Shown here: piece after piece, positions 9,733 to 21,843 of the stretch
Layout: every line of letters begins with the position of its first letter
How positions within the stretch are numbered: the stretch's first letter is position 1
From: Anthoceros angustus
Taxonomy: Eukaryota > Plantae > Anthocerotophyta
NCBI GenBank assembly: GCA_010909165.1
Contig: MU008184.1
Coordinates: forward strand, 868,001-932,000
Length of the DNA stretch: 64,000 bases
Direction of reading: 5' to 3'
Translations under genes and position numbers: made by a program
The notes under the pieces: model-generated
Databases searched by the model: none
Told to the model about the DNA's origin: nothing
The model's input: only the letters and a program-made list of their open reading frames with translations

Positions 9733-12700
9733 TGTGGGCTCGTGCTTCCCTTGGAGGTTAGGAAATAAGTGGGGTTTTTTTTTAAATCGAAAGTGAAATA
9801 AGGAGGAATAAGCACGAAGCAGGCCCGGTGTGCTCGGTGTACTCGGTTTCAGCGGGGGCAGACCCGGTACCACTCTGACTACGAATTTTGCAGGGGTATC
9901 GGATAAGTCCGGACCCCACTCCGGGTCAAAACATGATAAGTCGCGAGAAGTAATTTAGAAGTTGAGTCGTGAAGTCATCGAGCGGCGCCACGGACGGCCC
10001 CGAGTGGAGGTCGGCATGCAGCAGCGACCGAGCTGGCCGAGGCAGGTGTATTCACGCCCGCGGATCGGCAGAAGGCCGTAGGCGCGAAGCGCGCAAGGCC
10101 GCAGAGTAAGCCATGCGCACTGTGGAAGGGCACCTCCCGCCCGCACTTCCCAACCCGCGGCCGACGAGGAGGTCATTTCGCGCGACTCGAGACACGCAGC
10201 CTCTGCGCCCGCAACCCCGCCCGGGCGCTATCTCGAACGCCAGCCCCGCTGCTCACCGCTGGTTGGAGCAACGCAGCCAAGAGGGCGATCGTGCCGATCT
10301 CGCAATCGCGCTCAAGGGAGAAGAAGGCGATGGGACCCAAGAAGGTCATGGAGGTATGGGAGCCATGGAACCCGGTAGAGCGCAACATTGTAACCCGCTA
10401 TCCGACTTTGGGCCGTCCGGAGGAGGCGGAGGATTGGTCAAGAGTGGCACTAGACGTGTTCCAGTCGTCCGACATGACAGTCACCCGTCCGGAGTTCGCA
10501 AGATGTTGGCAGCCAACAAGGAGGTTCGATCCAAGAACCTCCGGAGGATCCTGTGAGGTGGACCTTGAGGTCCCGAGGGCTACAACCGCCCAATGAGGAG
10601 GTTGGAGTCCCAACCTCAAGGCGAGGGAAAGATAGAGGCGCAAGGGCGCGTCAAGTCCCGAACGCAGCGACAACCCGGTTGATGCCTGACCCCGGATGTA
10701 GGGTGAGGGCGGGGATCATTGTCCATCGAACTTGCTCACCAAGGTGGATCACCTTGGTGATAATTTATTGGTGTTCTGCGCTGCGTGGGCAAGAGGGCGA
10801 CCGGGAAGGATCATCTTCGCCAGTTCAGCCTGAGGCCCCAAGCCGAGGAGAAGCCACTGCTGACTATCCCATACCGATCCATGTGGGGACATTACGACCT
10901 CAAGGATGGGGAAGAAGAGCGGCGCCCGAAAGGGTTGGCGGCTCCTAGCAGAGCGGCAAGGCGCCTGAGGTAGAGGCCCGACCCCTAGGGCCAAACGGGT
11001 CCGGAGGAGGACGATCGAAGGATACCGACTCCATACGTCGAACGGACCCCTCACCACCTAGGGAAGTGTGGAAGATATCCCGCTTCCTCCTCTTGGTGCC
11101 CCCACGGAGCAAGGCAAGCAGAGACGCCCCGCCCGACAAATTTCACCCACCACCCACAACGGCAGAGGAGCCCCGACGAACTCGGGCAATCAAGAGGCGG
11201 AAGACGGTGCCACACCGCCAACGCAGCACCCTGACGGCGCCTGCCCCCCGCCCACGGAGTGGCAAGAGGTCAAGAGGCGTGAGAAGGGCAGAAGGACGCC
11301 GCCAAGGAGCAGGAGGTCACCGCAACCCCACTGAGCCGGTCCCTGCCGCCGACCGGGAGAGGCAAGGGCCTGAACCCCTCACCCTCCGAGCCCTGTGACT
11401 AAGAGGGCGAATTGGCGCCAAGAGGGCTACAAGGAGGGTGAAGCTCCTGACTCGACTGTCAGACCTAAGGGACCCGATTAGGTCCGAGAACCCAGCCCGA
11501 CTGCCTCGGATCAGATGGAGGTCCTGACCGTGAGATGCCCGCCTCCCACGGACTTTTGGGGGCCTCACTAATGGCGGCCGTGGAAGAGACACGGGGGTCC
11601 TGCTACACATGGAGGATGCTGGGGTCTCATGGGACATGAGAAGACCTGTGAAGTGAAGCCACAAGGAGGCGATGGTGCTCCTCCGTGAGCAATTGGAGGC
11701 GGCCCAGAGGCGAGGAGGAAGGCGGCTCTCGCCGATCAAGAAGGGAAACGCCGAGGCCGAAGAGAAGTCCGTCCATTCGACAGACGGACTAAATTCCTTC
11801 ACCGGGTGAGCAAAGCAGCAGTGAGGCCCAAGCTGGGTCAAGACCTGCAGTGAGAGGGGTAGCGCAGAGGCAGAGGAGGCCCGAGCAAGCAGAAGGCTCG
11901 CGACCGGCCGAGGCGGCCTACCGACCAGCACTAAGTCGGGCGGCCTGTGAAGGCGGCGAGGGAGGCGAAGTCCGCTAAGATCGACCGCGATCACTATCGG
12001 CGTGATCGAACCGGTGGAGGGAGACGGCAGGATAGCCGCGCTAACTCAAGACGGAGCAGGAGGCGGCGAGCAGGGCCACCCATGCCGAGGAGAAGGAAGC
12101 CCGCGACAAGGAGATGGAGGATCTCCGACCCGGCGCGAGGTGGAGCAACAGTGAGATGGAAGACCGCAAGGAGACTCGAGTCGCAGCCCAAGTTACCATT
12201 GAGCGGAATGGCAATCTGGCGTGATCACGGATCACGAACGAGATAGAGCGCCCACCTGCTGGACGGAGGAGGTAAGGCGATGGAACAAGGAGCAGTGACG
12301 CCGAAATGGAGAAGGACTCGACAAGCACGCACGCAGAGTTGCCCGACCGCCCTGAGAGGAGATGGCGAGCTAAAGGCCGTGGATGAACGGGAGCGAGAGC
12401 ACCGGACGCAAAAGAAGCCGTCCGCTTAAGGAAGGCGAAGGAGCGCGCTATGGCGTAAGCCGGCAGCAGAGGAAACGACGGGAGCCGGAAAGTGAGCAAC
12501 AACAAGGTTGCGGTGGAGGTGACCGAGGCGCCTTGTGGCCTCGCGAGATTCGCCCGCCCACCAAACTCGGGTGGGAGATGGTCCAAAGAAGCCGACAAAG
12601 ACGCCTCCCGAGCACCAATGGCGAAAGGAGTATCGGTGCTCCACATGTGGAAGAGGCAATCCAAAGAATTGACTCGGATTTTGCCTACTACCACGCCGAG

Positions 12701-13977
12701 CTCCTTAAGGCATTGAAGCTCGCCATAAAACGGACGGACCCCTCCCCAAGGCCTGGGGATGAAGGACATGGGGACAAGACGGACCCTAGTGGCCCTGCTT
12801 GGAGACGACGGCACGGGGAGAAGAGCCTCGGGAGGACGCGCCAATACAACGGACCTCGGTAAGTCCACCGCAACCCGCCCGGGAGGATAGAGATGGGGGC
12901 CGAAGGAAGGAGAATCCAACCCGACCCAAGACAAGGGCCTGGGGTAGGGATGAGGGCCCAGAGAAGAGGTCCGCAGACAGGGGTCCGAGCTTGGGGACCG
13001 GACCCAGAATAAGTTCGGACCCCGAGGTCCGAACCCAGATGAGACCGACCTGCACGGACTCGGAAATAAGGCGACTCAAGTTCGACCGAGTCGAGACCGA
13101 CCCCGAGGTCCCGACTCGTGAAGCAAGGAGGAGTCCTCCGACTCGCCGGGGAGCCACGGGTTCTACCGGAGGGACCCACTGTGGGGAAGACGTTAGGTAA
13201 CGGCGTCGCCGACCGCACGAGCTCCAACCCGGTGATTCCGGAAGAGGAAGGGGTCCCGCGGATCATCCGATTGTGCGCCCGCAACTGTGACGGGAGATTG
13301 GACCACCAATACCGAGACGGAACCTGTGACCTCCCCAAGGAGATAGGAATATATGATGAAATGGCCACCACCAATAGGGTGTAATAAAGACGCCGACTTG
13401 GGCGTAGTATAAGAGGGCCGAGGTCGCTCAATAAATCATCTTCTTGGTGTTGATGCTGCTTGCACTTGTGTGTCTTCATGCTAACGTGAGTCCCGAGTCA
13501 TCGAAAGGTGCAATGGCCCGGAGAGATCGATCAAGGTCCCGTGAACCCTAACGCAGGTGGTGGTGTGTGCGGGGAAGAGCGACGGGGACCCGTGGTCGCA
13601 GAGCAGCCGCCCAGGCGTGCACCGGAACGTGGAGCCGGAGGGACTCGAGGGGCAGAGTCTGGACGAGAGGCCCGCTGAGCAACGAGGAGGTCCGACCGTG
13701 TAGCCACTTGCTTCTTTTCCAAGGTTGATGAGCGAGTGAGAGTGATGAGAGGAACGGACTAAAGGAGAGTGACGCGTGAACGATACAAAACGGGTCCTAA
13801 ACGCTCACACCGGCCTGCTCGTGAACATTATGAGTAGTTAGACGCAAACGACATTGTGTGTTAAAGTTGAGCCGGACGCAGGCGGCAATCGAACGCTGCA
13901 ACGAGCTTATCATTCTCTGAACGGACTCCTTACTACAACGACGGATTGTGCGCGCCTGGCCGTCAAAAGTCGCGCCA
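9733..13977 (+). mobile_element. LTR-like module A (about 4.2 kb) with degraded ORF at 10330-12862
   Basis: Starts TGTGG; TATAAGA near 13409 and AATAAA near 13431; alignable along its length to the reverse complement of 14933-19456. Right end approximate. Confidence 0.6.
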
Positions 13978-14932
13978 AACGTCCCGCCCGCCAAAGCCAT
14001 CGCCTAAGCCGGGCAGATTGATGGCCTGGGCGGCCTGACATCCTGGGCCTTCCGCCACTGCTCCTCCCCCAAAGCTCCACGCAGCCATGGCCTCCCGCCC
14101 ATAGCCGGACAGGCAACCGCCTTCCTCCTCCAGAGCCCTTGCCTCCGCCCATCCTGAAGTGCCACTTCCTTCTCCAAGTGCTTTATCTGCACGGCCCAAG
14201 CCTCCAGCCTCTTTCAATCACGCAACTCCTGATCGCTTCTCCTCCTTCGCGTGGATCCTATCTGCTGGGTCTTGATTCTCCGTGAAATCTGCCAGGGACG
14301 CATCTTGGAGTTGCCAGGATGTCTTGTCACCTTCAGTCCATATGCTCTGCCTTCCTATGAGCACATCTATTTTGGGTCACCATTTCTTCTTCTTGGCCGA
14401 GCCGTACCGCCACTGCTCCTATTAGCCACAAGAGTGTGTCCCATTCTAAGATAGTCGGTAGTGATCCTGCCACCCACAATATGATCAGCCTCGCCCGGGT
14501 TTGGTGTTAGTTCCATGAGCCGCCGGGCTGTGTCCTGCAAGCATCCTTACCCTCCTCCGCCTCGCGCCCTCCTTCCAGTGAGGTCCTGCTTACTCCCCGC
14601 ACGCTCCTCGTGATCCAAGGGTCTTGGTCTGTCTCAATCTACCTCCCGCTGCCTTTCCTCCTCGATGCCAGGGACTCCGGCCTCCGCCGCCCACCGCCAT
14701 TAGTTCCACCATCCTCCTAGGTGGCTCTCACTTCCATGGGCCCTTCTCCCTGACCAGAGGCTAAAGAACCGCCCATGGCCAAGAAGCTAAAACTTCGCTT
14801 CTTCCACGGGGTGGTCACCGGGAGATGCCTGCTTAAGTCTGGTGGGGGCATCTCTGGTCGTCAAGGACCGCCATATCGCTGGAGTGAAGTCCCGGGACTG
14901 GGCACCAATGGGACCTCAAGTCCCTCGAGTGT

Positions 14933-17900
14933 TGTGGTGTGGCGCGATTTCGGCCGATGGCCACCGCGCATAATCCCGGTTGCTGTAGGAAGGAGTCCGC
15001 TCCCAAGGGAATGACAGTTCGCTTGTGCCGCTTTCAGCGATTCTCGCCTTTACTTAGTTCCAACGCACACATTCACCGCTCACGCCTAACTACTGCAACA
15101 ATCACCGTGACAGTCTTGTGATGGCTAAACGCTTAAGGACCTGCCTCAGATTGCTCACGTCACACTCACACCTCCGTCTCCTCTCCACCACACTACACTT
15201 ATCGCCTTAGGGAAAGACGCTGCGTTACATGCCCGACCTCCTCCGCTGCTCTGCCTCCGTCCGGCTCAGACGCCTCCCGAGTCCCTCCGGCCACACGCTC
15301 CGCTGGCCGGGCTCGACGCAGCACGGGTCCCGCCACCTCCCCGCACACACCACAACACGTTAGGTCCGCTACCGTGACCTCGATCAATCTCTCCGAGCTG
15401 CCGTGCCGCTGACTCAGACTCACGTTAGCAAGAAGACACACAAAGGTCTGCAAGAACGCATCAACACCAAGAGAAAGATGATTTATTCAGGCAGCCTTTC
15501 TTATACTACGCCCAAGTCGGCGCCTTTATTACACCTATTCGAGCCGATGGCTCACCTAATCGCCGCCTACCATCCTATTCCTCCCTATCTCCTTCGTAGT
15601 GTGGGAAGGTCCGGGTTCGCCTTGGGATTGGTGGTCCAATCTCCCGTCACGATTGCAGGCGCGCAATCGGATGATCCGCGGCGGGCCCTCCTCTCTCCGG
15701 AATCTGCGGGTTGGGCTCGGCGTGATGCGGCCGGTACCACAACGTCATCCTCCCCTGGCCTCCCATGGGTCCCCTCCGGTGGGGCCGCTATCTGCTCCCC
15801 TAAGCGTAAGTCGAGAGGGGCTCCTCCTCTTGCCGAGTCCGGACCTCGAGGTCGGTCTCGACTCGGTCTGAACTCCGAGTCAGCTTATTTCACAGTCCGG
15901 TGGGTGGGTCCGGCCTCGTCTCTGAGGTTCGGACCTCGGTCGAACTTATTCAGTCCGGTCCCCAAGCTCCGGACCCCTTGCCTGTGGACCTCGTGCGCTT
16001 CCTCATCCCTACCCAGACCCTTGTCTTGGGTCGGGTTGGCTCCTCATACCGCCTTTCGGGCCGTCACCTCCCTTCTCACAGGCGGGTTGCGGTGAACTTA
16101 CCACAGGGTCCGTTGCGTCTCGCTCCTCTTGAGGCTCTTCTCCCCGTCGTCTCCAAGCAGGGGCCACTAGAGTCCCTGTCTTGTCCCCATGCCCTTCTTC
16201 CCCTCAGGCCTTCCGAGTCCGTCTATTTCTGGTGAGAGGCCTCAGCCGGGAGCTCGGTGGTAATAGGCAAAGTCGAATCCACTTGTTGGTGCCTCTTCCA
16301 TGTGCGGGCACCGTACTCCCTTCGCCATAGGTGCTCGGGGAGCGTCTTGCCCGGCTTGGACCACCTCCCTTGAGTTTGATAGGTGGGGCCCTTCTTGCAG
16401 CTGCCTCGGTCACCTCCTCCACCTTGTTGTTGCTCCACTGCTCCAACTCCCTTCCGCTCGCTGCCCGGCTTACCAGCCATAGCGGCGTTCCCCTTCCGCC
16501 TTCCTCAAGCTGGACCCGGCTTCTTATGCCTTCCGGTGCTCCTCTCATCCATTGTGCTCCGCCATCTCCCTCTCAGGTCGGGCAACTCTGCGGGCTGCCC
16601 AGGCCCTTCTCCATCTCGGCGTCACTGCTCCTGTTCCATCGCCGTCACACTCCGTCCAGCGAGGGCCGCTCTATTTCGTTCGCGTTCGCGACATATCTAT
16701 GAGACTACCATTCCTCTCAATGGTAGTTTGAAGGCTGACTCAAAGTCTCCTTGCGGTCTTCCATCTCCACATTTGCTGCTCCACCTCACGCGGTGAGTGG
16801 AGATCCTCCATCTCCTTGTCGCGAACTTCACAGGCTGGTGGTCGCTTGCTCCGCCTCCTGCTCCATCTTGAGGCGGTGGGCGCTCTATCTCGCTCGAAGT
16901 CTTGGATTCTCTGTTGAGAACCCCTTGCTGCTCAAGCGTCTTGGGTTGTAACTCCAAGGTGTCCTTCTCCTCCGGCTCCTGCCGCCTCCCTTCTACCTCC
17001 TCCTGCCGAGGTCCCCGATTTCCGGTCTTGGCCTCCGGTTTTTGCGGCTCGTGCTTGCTCTCTTGCCGCTGCTCGGCCTTGGCGTGGCTGCGCCTCCCTC
17101 CACCGTTCCGATCCGATAGTGATCGCGGTTGTGCCGTGGCTTCCGCCTCCTTGGCCACCTTCACGAGCCTCTCGGCAGCTCTGGTCTGGTCAGGCCGCCT
17201 CCGGTCCAGGCCCGCTCCGCCGGGCCTCTTAGCCTCTGCTGCGCTACCCTCCGCTGCGGTCCTCGGCGCTTGGGCCTCCTTAGCACCTTGGCTCCTCCGG
17301 TGAAGGAATTTAGTCGGTCCTTGCGGATGGACGGACTTCCCTCTCGGCCTCCCGTTTCCCTTCCTCAATCGGCCGAGCTTGGCCTTCCTCCTTGCCTCCT
17401 GGGCCCCTCAAGCTGCTCACGGAGGAGTACCATGCGCCTCGGGTGGCTTCTACCTCCACAGGTCTTCTCGGCCATCCAGAGACCCCAAAGCATACAAATC
17501 CATGGCCAGTAGCAGGACTGGTGTTTCTTCCACGGCCGCTGAGGCTCCCACAAAGTCGTAGTGGGGAGGCGGCATGATCCGCCGAGGACCTCCATCGCAT
17601 CAGGAGTAAGTCGGTGGGTTCTCGGACCTAATCGGGACCCTTGGGTCACGAGTCTTGACTCGGAGCTTCACCCTCCTTGGCCCTTTTGGCGCGAGCTCCT
17701 TCTCCTTTTTCTCACAGGGGCTCGGAGGAGGTGAGGGGTCGGGAGCAAGCCCTTTGCCCCTTCACAGCCGGAGGCAGGACCCGGCTCAGTGCAGCTGCGC
17801 GTGTCCTCTGCTCCTCGGCGTCCCTTTACGCCCTCCTTGCTTCCTCACTTCTTGCCACTCAGTAGGCGGGGTGAAATCTTGGCACCGTCCCGTCTGCGTT

Positions 17901-19456
17901 GCGTGATGTCTTGCGTCTCTTGGTTCCCTCAGTCGTGGGCTCCATGCGTGGTTGTGGTGGTGGGGGGCTATTGTTGGCCGCCTCTGCTTCACTCGGTTGG
18001 GGCACCAGGGAGGAAGCGGATTTCCTCCCATACTTCCACAGGTGGTGGGGGTCCGTTCAGACGTATGGAGTCAGGAATTCCCTCGATCGTCCTCCTCCGG
18101 GTCGTTTGGCCTTGGTCGGCCTCCACCTCGGGCGCCCGCTCCACTTCCGGCCTCAGTCCTTTGGGCGCTCAAGCTCTCCCTCCTTGAGGAGAAATGTCCC
18201 CATACATGGATCGGTATGGGGGCGGCCCAGTGAGGCTTCTCGGTCCACGAGCTTGCGGGCCTCTGACTAAGCGAAGATAATCCTTCCCAGTCCGCCCTCT
18301 TCCCAGCGCATGGCGCATGCGAGAATACCAGCGGTTATCACCAAGGTGATCCACCTTGGTGGCGAGTTCAATGGACAATGATCCGGGCTACCGCCCTTAC
18401 TCGGTATCCGGGTCGGATATCAACCGGCCGTTGGTGGTCCTGCTGCGAGCCTCGGCGCCGCTTGTTGCGGCCCTATCTTCCCCGCCGCCTTGAGGGGCTC
18501 GGCACCACCCCTTCTTCCTCCTTTGGGCGGTTGTAGGCCGCCCTCGGGACCTCAAGGTCCATCGCCTCGAGTCCTCCGGAGGTTCTTGGACCGCACTCCT
18601 TGTTGACCGCGCATCTTGAACTCCGGACGGTGGCCGAGCGTCGGACCGTCGGAGCGCATCCGGTGCCACTCCTCACTAATTCTCCGCTTCCTCCGGCCGG
18701 GGCCCAAAGTCCGGATAGCGGGTCACAATGTTGCGCTCACGAGGTTCCATGGCTCCCAAACTTCCATGAGCTTTTGGGTGCCATCGCCTTCTCTCCCCTT
18801 GTCGTGGCTGGGCCGGAGTTCAGCACGATCGCCCTCCTCGCCCGCGTTCGCTTCTCCAACCCAGGCGGTGAACTACGCTCGAAGGTCTTTGGGCGCTCAA
18901 GAGATAGCGCCGAGCCGGGTTGCGGGCGCAGAGGCTGCGGTGTCTCGGTGCGCGTGAAATGACCTTCCCTTGACGCCTTGGAGTAACGGCTGGGCGGAAG
19001 GCGCCTCTTCCACATCGTAGCGGAGTGCATGGCAGCCGACCTTCGCCTCCGCTTACTGCGGCCTTCGCGCATGCGTACTCGGCCTTCACCGCGCGGTCCC
19101 AGGCGTGAATACTGCCTGCGCGGCCAGTCTCGGTCGGGCCCGGTGCATGCCGACCTCCACTGGGCCGTCCACGTCACGTGGCGCCGCCTAGTCCGTCCTC
19201 ACGGCTCACTTCTAAGTTACTTTCCTGGCGTACTTATCACCTTGGACTGGGTGAGTCGGACTTATCCGTTACCCGGCGTAGTCGTGCACGCCATAGTAGT
19301 GGGTCAGGGTCGTTGCTCACTCCGGTCCGGAGTATACTCGGTGCGATCCGGAGTGCTATCCATGCTTATTCCTCCTTTTCCTTATTTTATCCTCCGCTCC
19401 TCGAAAAAACAAAACCCTACTTATTTCCCTAACCCCAAGGAAGTCCGTAGTCCACA
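14933..19456 (-). mobile_element. LTR-like module B (about 4.5 kb), diverged inverted paralog of A, degraded ORF about 16150-18784
   Basis: TGTGG...CCACA termini; shares peptide blocks with A (MEVWEPWN..ERNIVTRYP; VDHLGDN; PYRSMxG). No TSD found. Confidence 0.6.
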
Positions 19457-21843
19457 GTACCCAAGGGCTGTGTTTGTAATGTTTGAACTTGGCGGTCCTT
19501 TGTGAGCAGTCTGCATGTTGTCTTGATGTTTACATATTCCACCTTGCTGACCCTCTCGGCGTCTCTATATAATGGTGGTAATCTGTTCTATGCTTGGTCC
19601 TCGCATGGGCAAGGATTGGAGAAGAGTGCAATAGCGGACATGTTGTCACACCTAAGTTGAGTGGCTCCAATCATGTTTGTTTGATTGACTCAGAATTGGC
19701 GCTCCCATTCGCTTCTTTATCGTCTCAATGCCTTATACTCTGCTTGATGAAAGGCCAGGCTAACGACGTTGCTTCTTACAACTCAATTCGATACTAAGAG
19801 AAAAGCGATTATCTTGTGAGCTTTACGTGTGTCGGAATCGGCTGCCCATTTTGCATCGGCAAAGGAGGTAAGCACAAACTTCTTATCCCCACTAGCTGTG
19901 TAGTGTAATCCCCATGTCAACGTTCCTTTCAAATACCGCTGCCCAGTGGGCTCTGCCAGGTGACTTGAGAAATTGGGATACAAGACTCACGTATAGAGAT
20001 GTCTGGGCGTGTCGATTAGCTAGAAAATCAGCAACCAACGGCGCAGGGCGACCATGTCGAAACATCAATTGAACTCGAGGTGTCTGCGGTTAGTTCTCTC
20101 CCACCCGAAGGTGTAGTTCTTGACGCGCTTCATCAAGATGAAACCACTTGAGTATTTCCTTAATATACTTTGTTTGATGCATGTTTATGGTACCCTGCTC
20201 ACGTTGTCTGAGAATTTGAATTCCCAAGCAGAACTGCAGCTCACCTTGATCTGTCATTTCAAATTCAGATCTAAGCATGTCCTTGACCCTAGTGAGCAGC
20301 GATGTGTCATTGGTAACAAGAATGGCATCATCCACATAGAGTGCCAAGATGACAAACATGCTGCCATCAGCGAAGAAGAAAACATTTGAGTCTGCAGGGG
20401 ACTGGATGAAACCAAGCTTCTTCAAGAACTTGACGATCCGCTTGTACCATGCCCCTTTGCTTCAGGCCATACAAGGTTTTAAGCAATTTGCAAACCTTTT
20501 TGGGCCATTTTTTACTAACAAACCCCTCTGGTTGGAACATGTATAGGATCTCTTCAAGTTCACCGTGAAGAAACGCCGTGCATACATCCATTTGATGCAC
20601 TTCCAAGTCAAACTCACCGCCATTGCCGAGTATCCTAATGTATTTGGTTTAACTACGAGAAAGGTATCCCCATAGTCCAACCGTATTTGATCGAACCCTC
20701 CGCAACTAATCTTGACTTATATCGGGCAACTATACCATCTGCATGGAGTTTGGTTTTGAAAACCCATTTGCAGCTGATAGGCTTGCGTCCTGGTGGCAGG
20801 TCCACAAGCTCCCATGTTTGATTCTTCATCAAAGAGTTATACTCGTCATCGATGGACTATCTCCACTTGTTACCATCAGGTCCATTCAGTGCTTCAGATT
20901 AAGATTGTGGGTCAGGCCTCACGTCAGGTACAGTGACTTTTGTCACATTTGCCTGCCTGAGGTCAATGGATTCGTACGGTTTCTCCAACCAATTTTCACG
21001 AGTACGTCGCGTGATAACATGGTGGATCAGTTCGAGGTGGTTGGTTACGTGGAACACATCCGTTCAATGTTGGAGTAGGTCATCAGTCGTGATGCAGATG
21101 AACCTTCACTCTCTGAATAGTCTCCCACTGCTCCCACTGATTGCTCATCATTTGAGTCCTCAGTGAAGAATTCATGTATGTTAACATTGTCGGCATCCAT
21201 TTGTTCTCCATCCGACAATGGGAACTCATCAGCCTAGATAAATGTCTAGATCATCATCTTCTTCCTCGTCAGGATTCTAAATGTTTTGCTGTTGAACAGG
21301 TGCTTGGGCTGCTGCAGGAGTGACAAGATCACCACCCTCAGGTGGCAATTCTGAGGTAACCTCCTCAACATGTGCTTGGGCTCCCTCCCGTGGTGAGGAC
21401 AGCTCATCAAATGTTACACTCCTTGCCAAGGTAATCTTGGATGTTTTTGGATCATATAATTTATACGCCTTTGTTTCCTCAGAGTAGCCTAAGAATATCA
21501 AGGCCTTTGCCCTGTCATCTAACTTTCTACGTTTCTGTCTTGGAATGTAGGCATACGCAAGAGATCCAAAAACTCTTAGATGCAGCAGACTAGGTTTTCT
21601 GCCCCAGAAGGACTCATACGGTGTTGAACCTGGCAGAGACTTTGTCAAGACCCTGTTTAGTATGTATGTTGCAGCAACAATGGCTTCTACCCAAAACCGC
21701 TTGGACAAACCTGCCCATGTGAGCATGCTGCGAATCATTCCCATAAGTGTTTGGTTTTTGCGTTCTGCCACCCCGTTTTGCTGCTGTGTATAAGGTACAG
21801 CCAGCTGCCTTGTGATTCCGTACTCTTCAAGTAGTGAATCATA
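19457..21843 (-). pseudogene. pol: C0 integrase C-terminal part, RT and RNase H
   Basis: PYTQQQNGVAERKNQTL; [15 protein letters not shown]; YVDDAIL; RYLKGT..FADAKWAADSDTRK. Confidence 0.9.

Noticed and set aside
13978-14932. Spacer between A and B as a gag or host gene
   Set aside because: Only a short coiled-coil-like stretch (QIKHLEKEVALQD) with no diagnostic motif; left unassigned.
14933-19456. Module B as a clean solo LTR
   Set aside because: The flanks (AGTGT versus GTACC) do not form a TSD.
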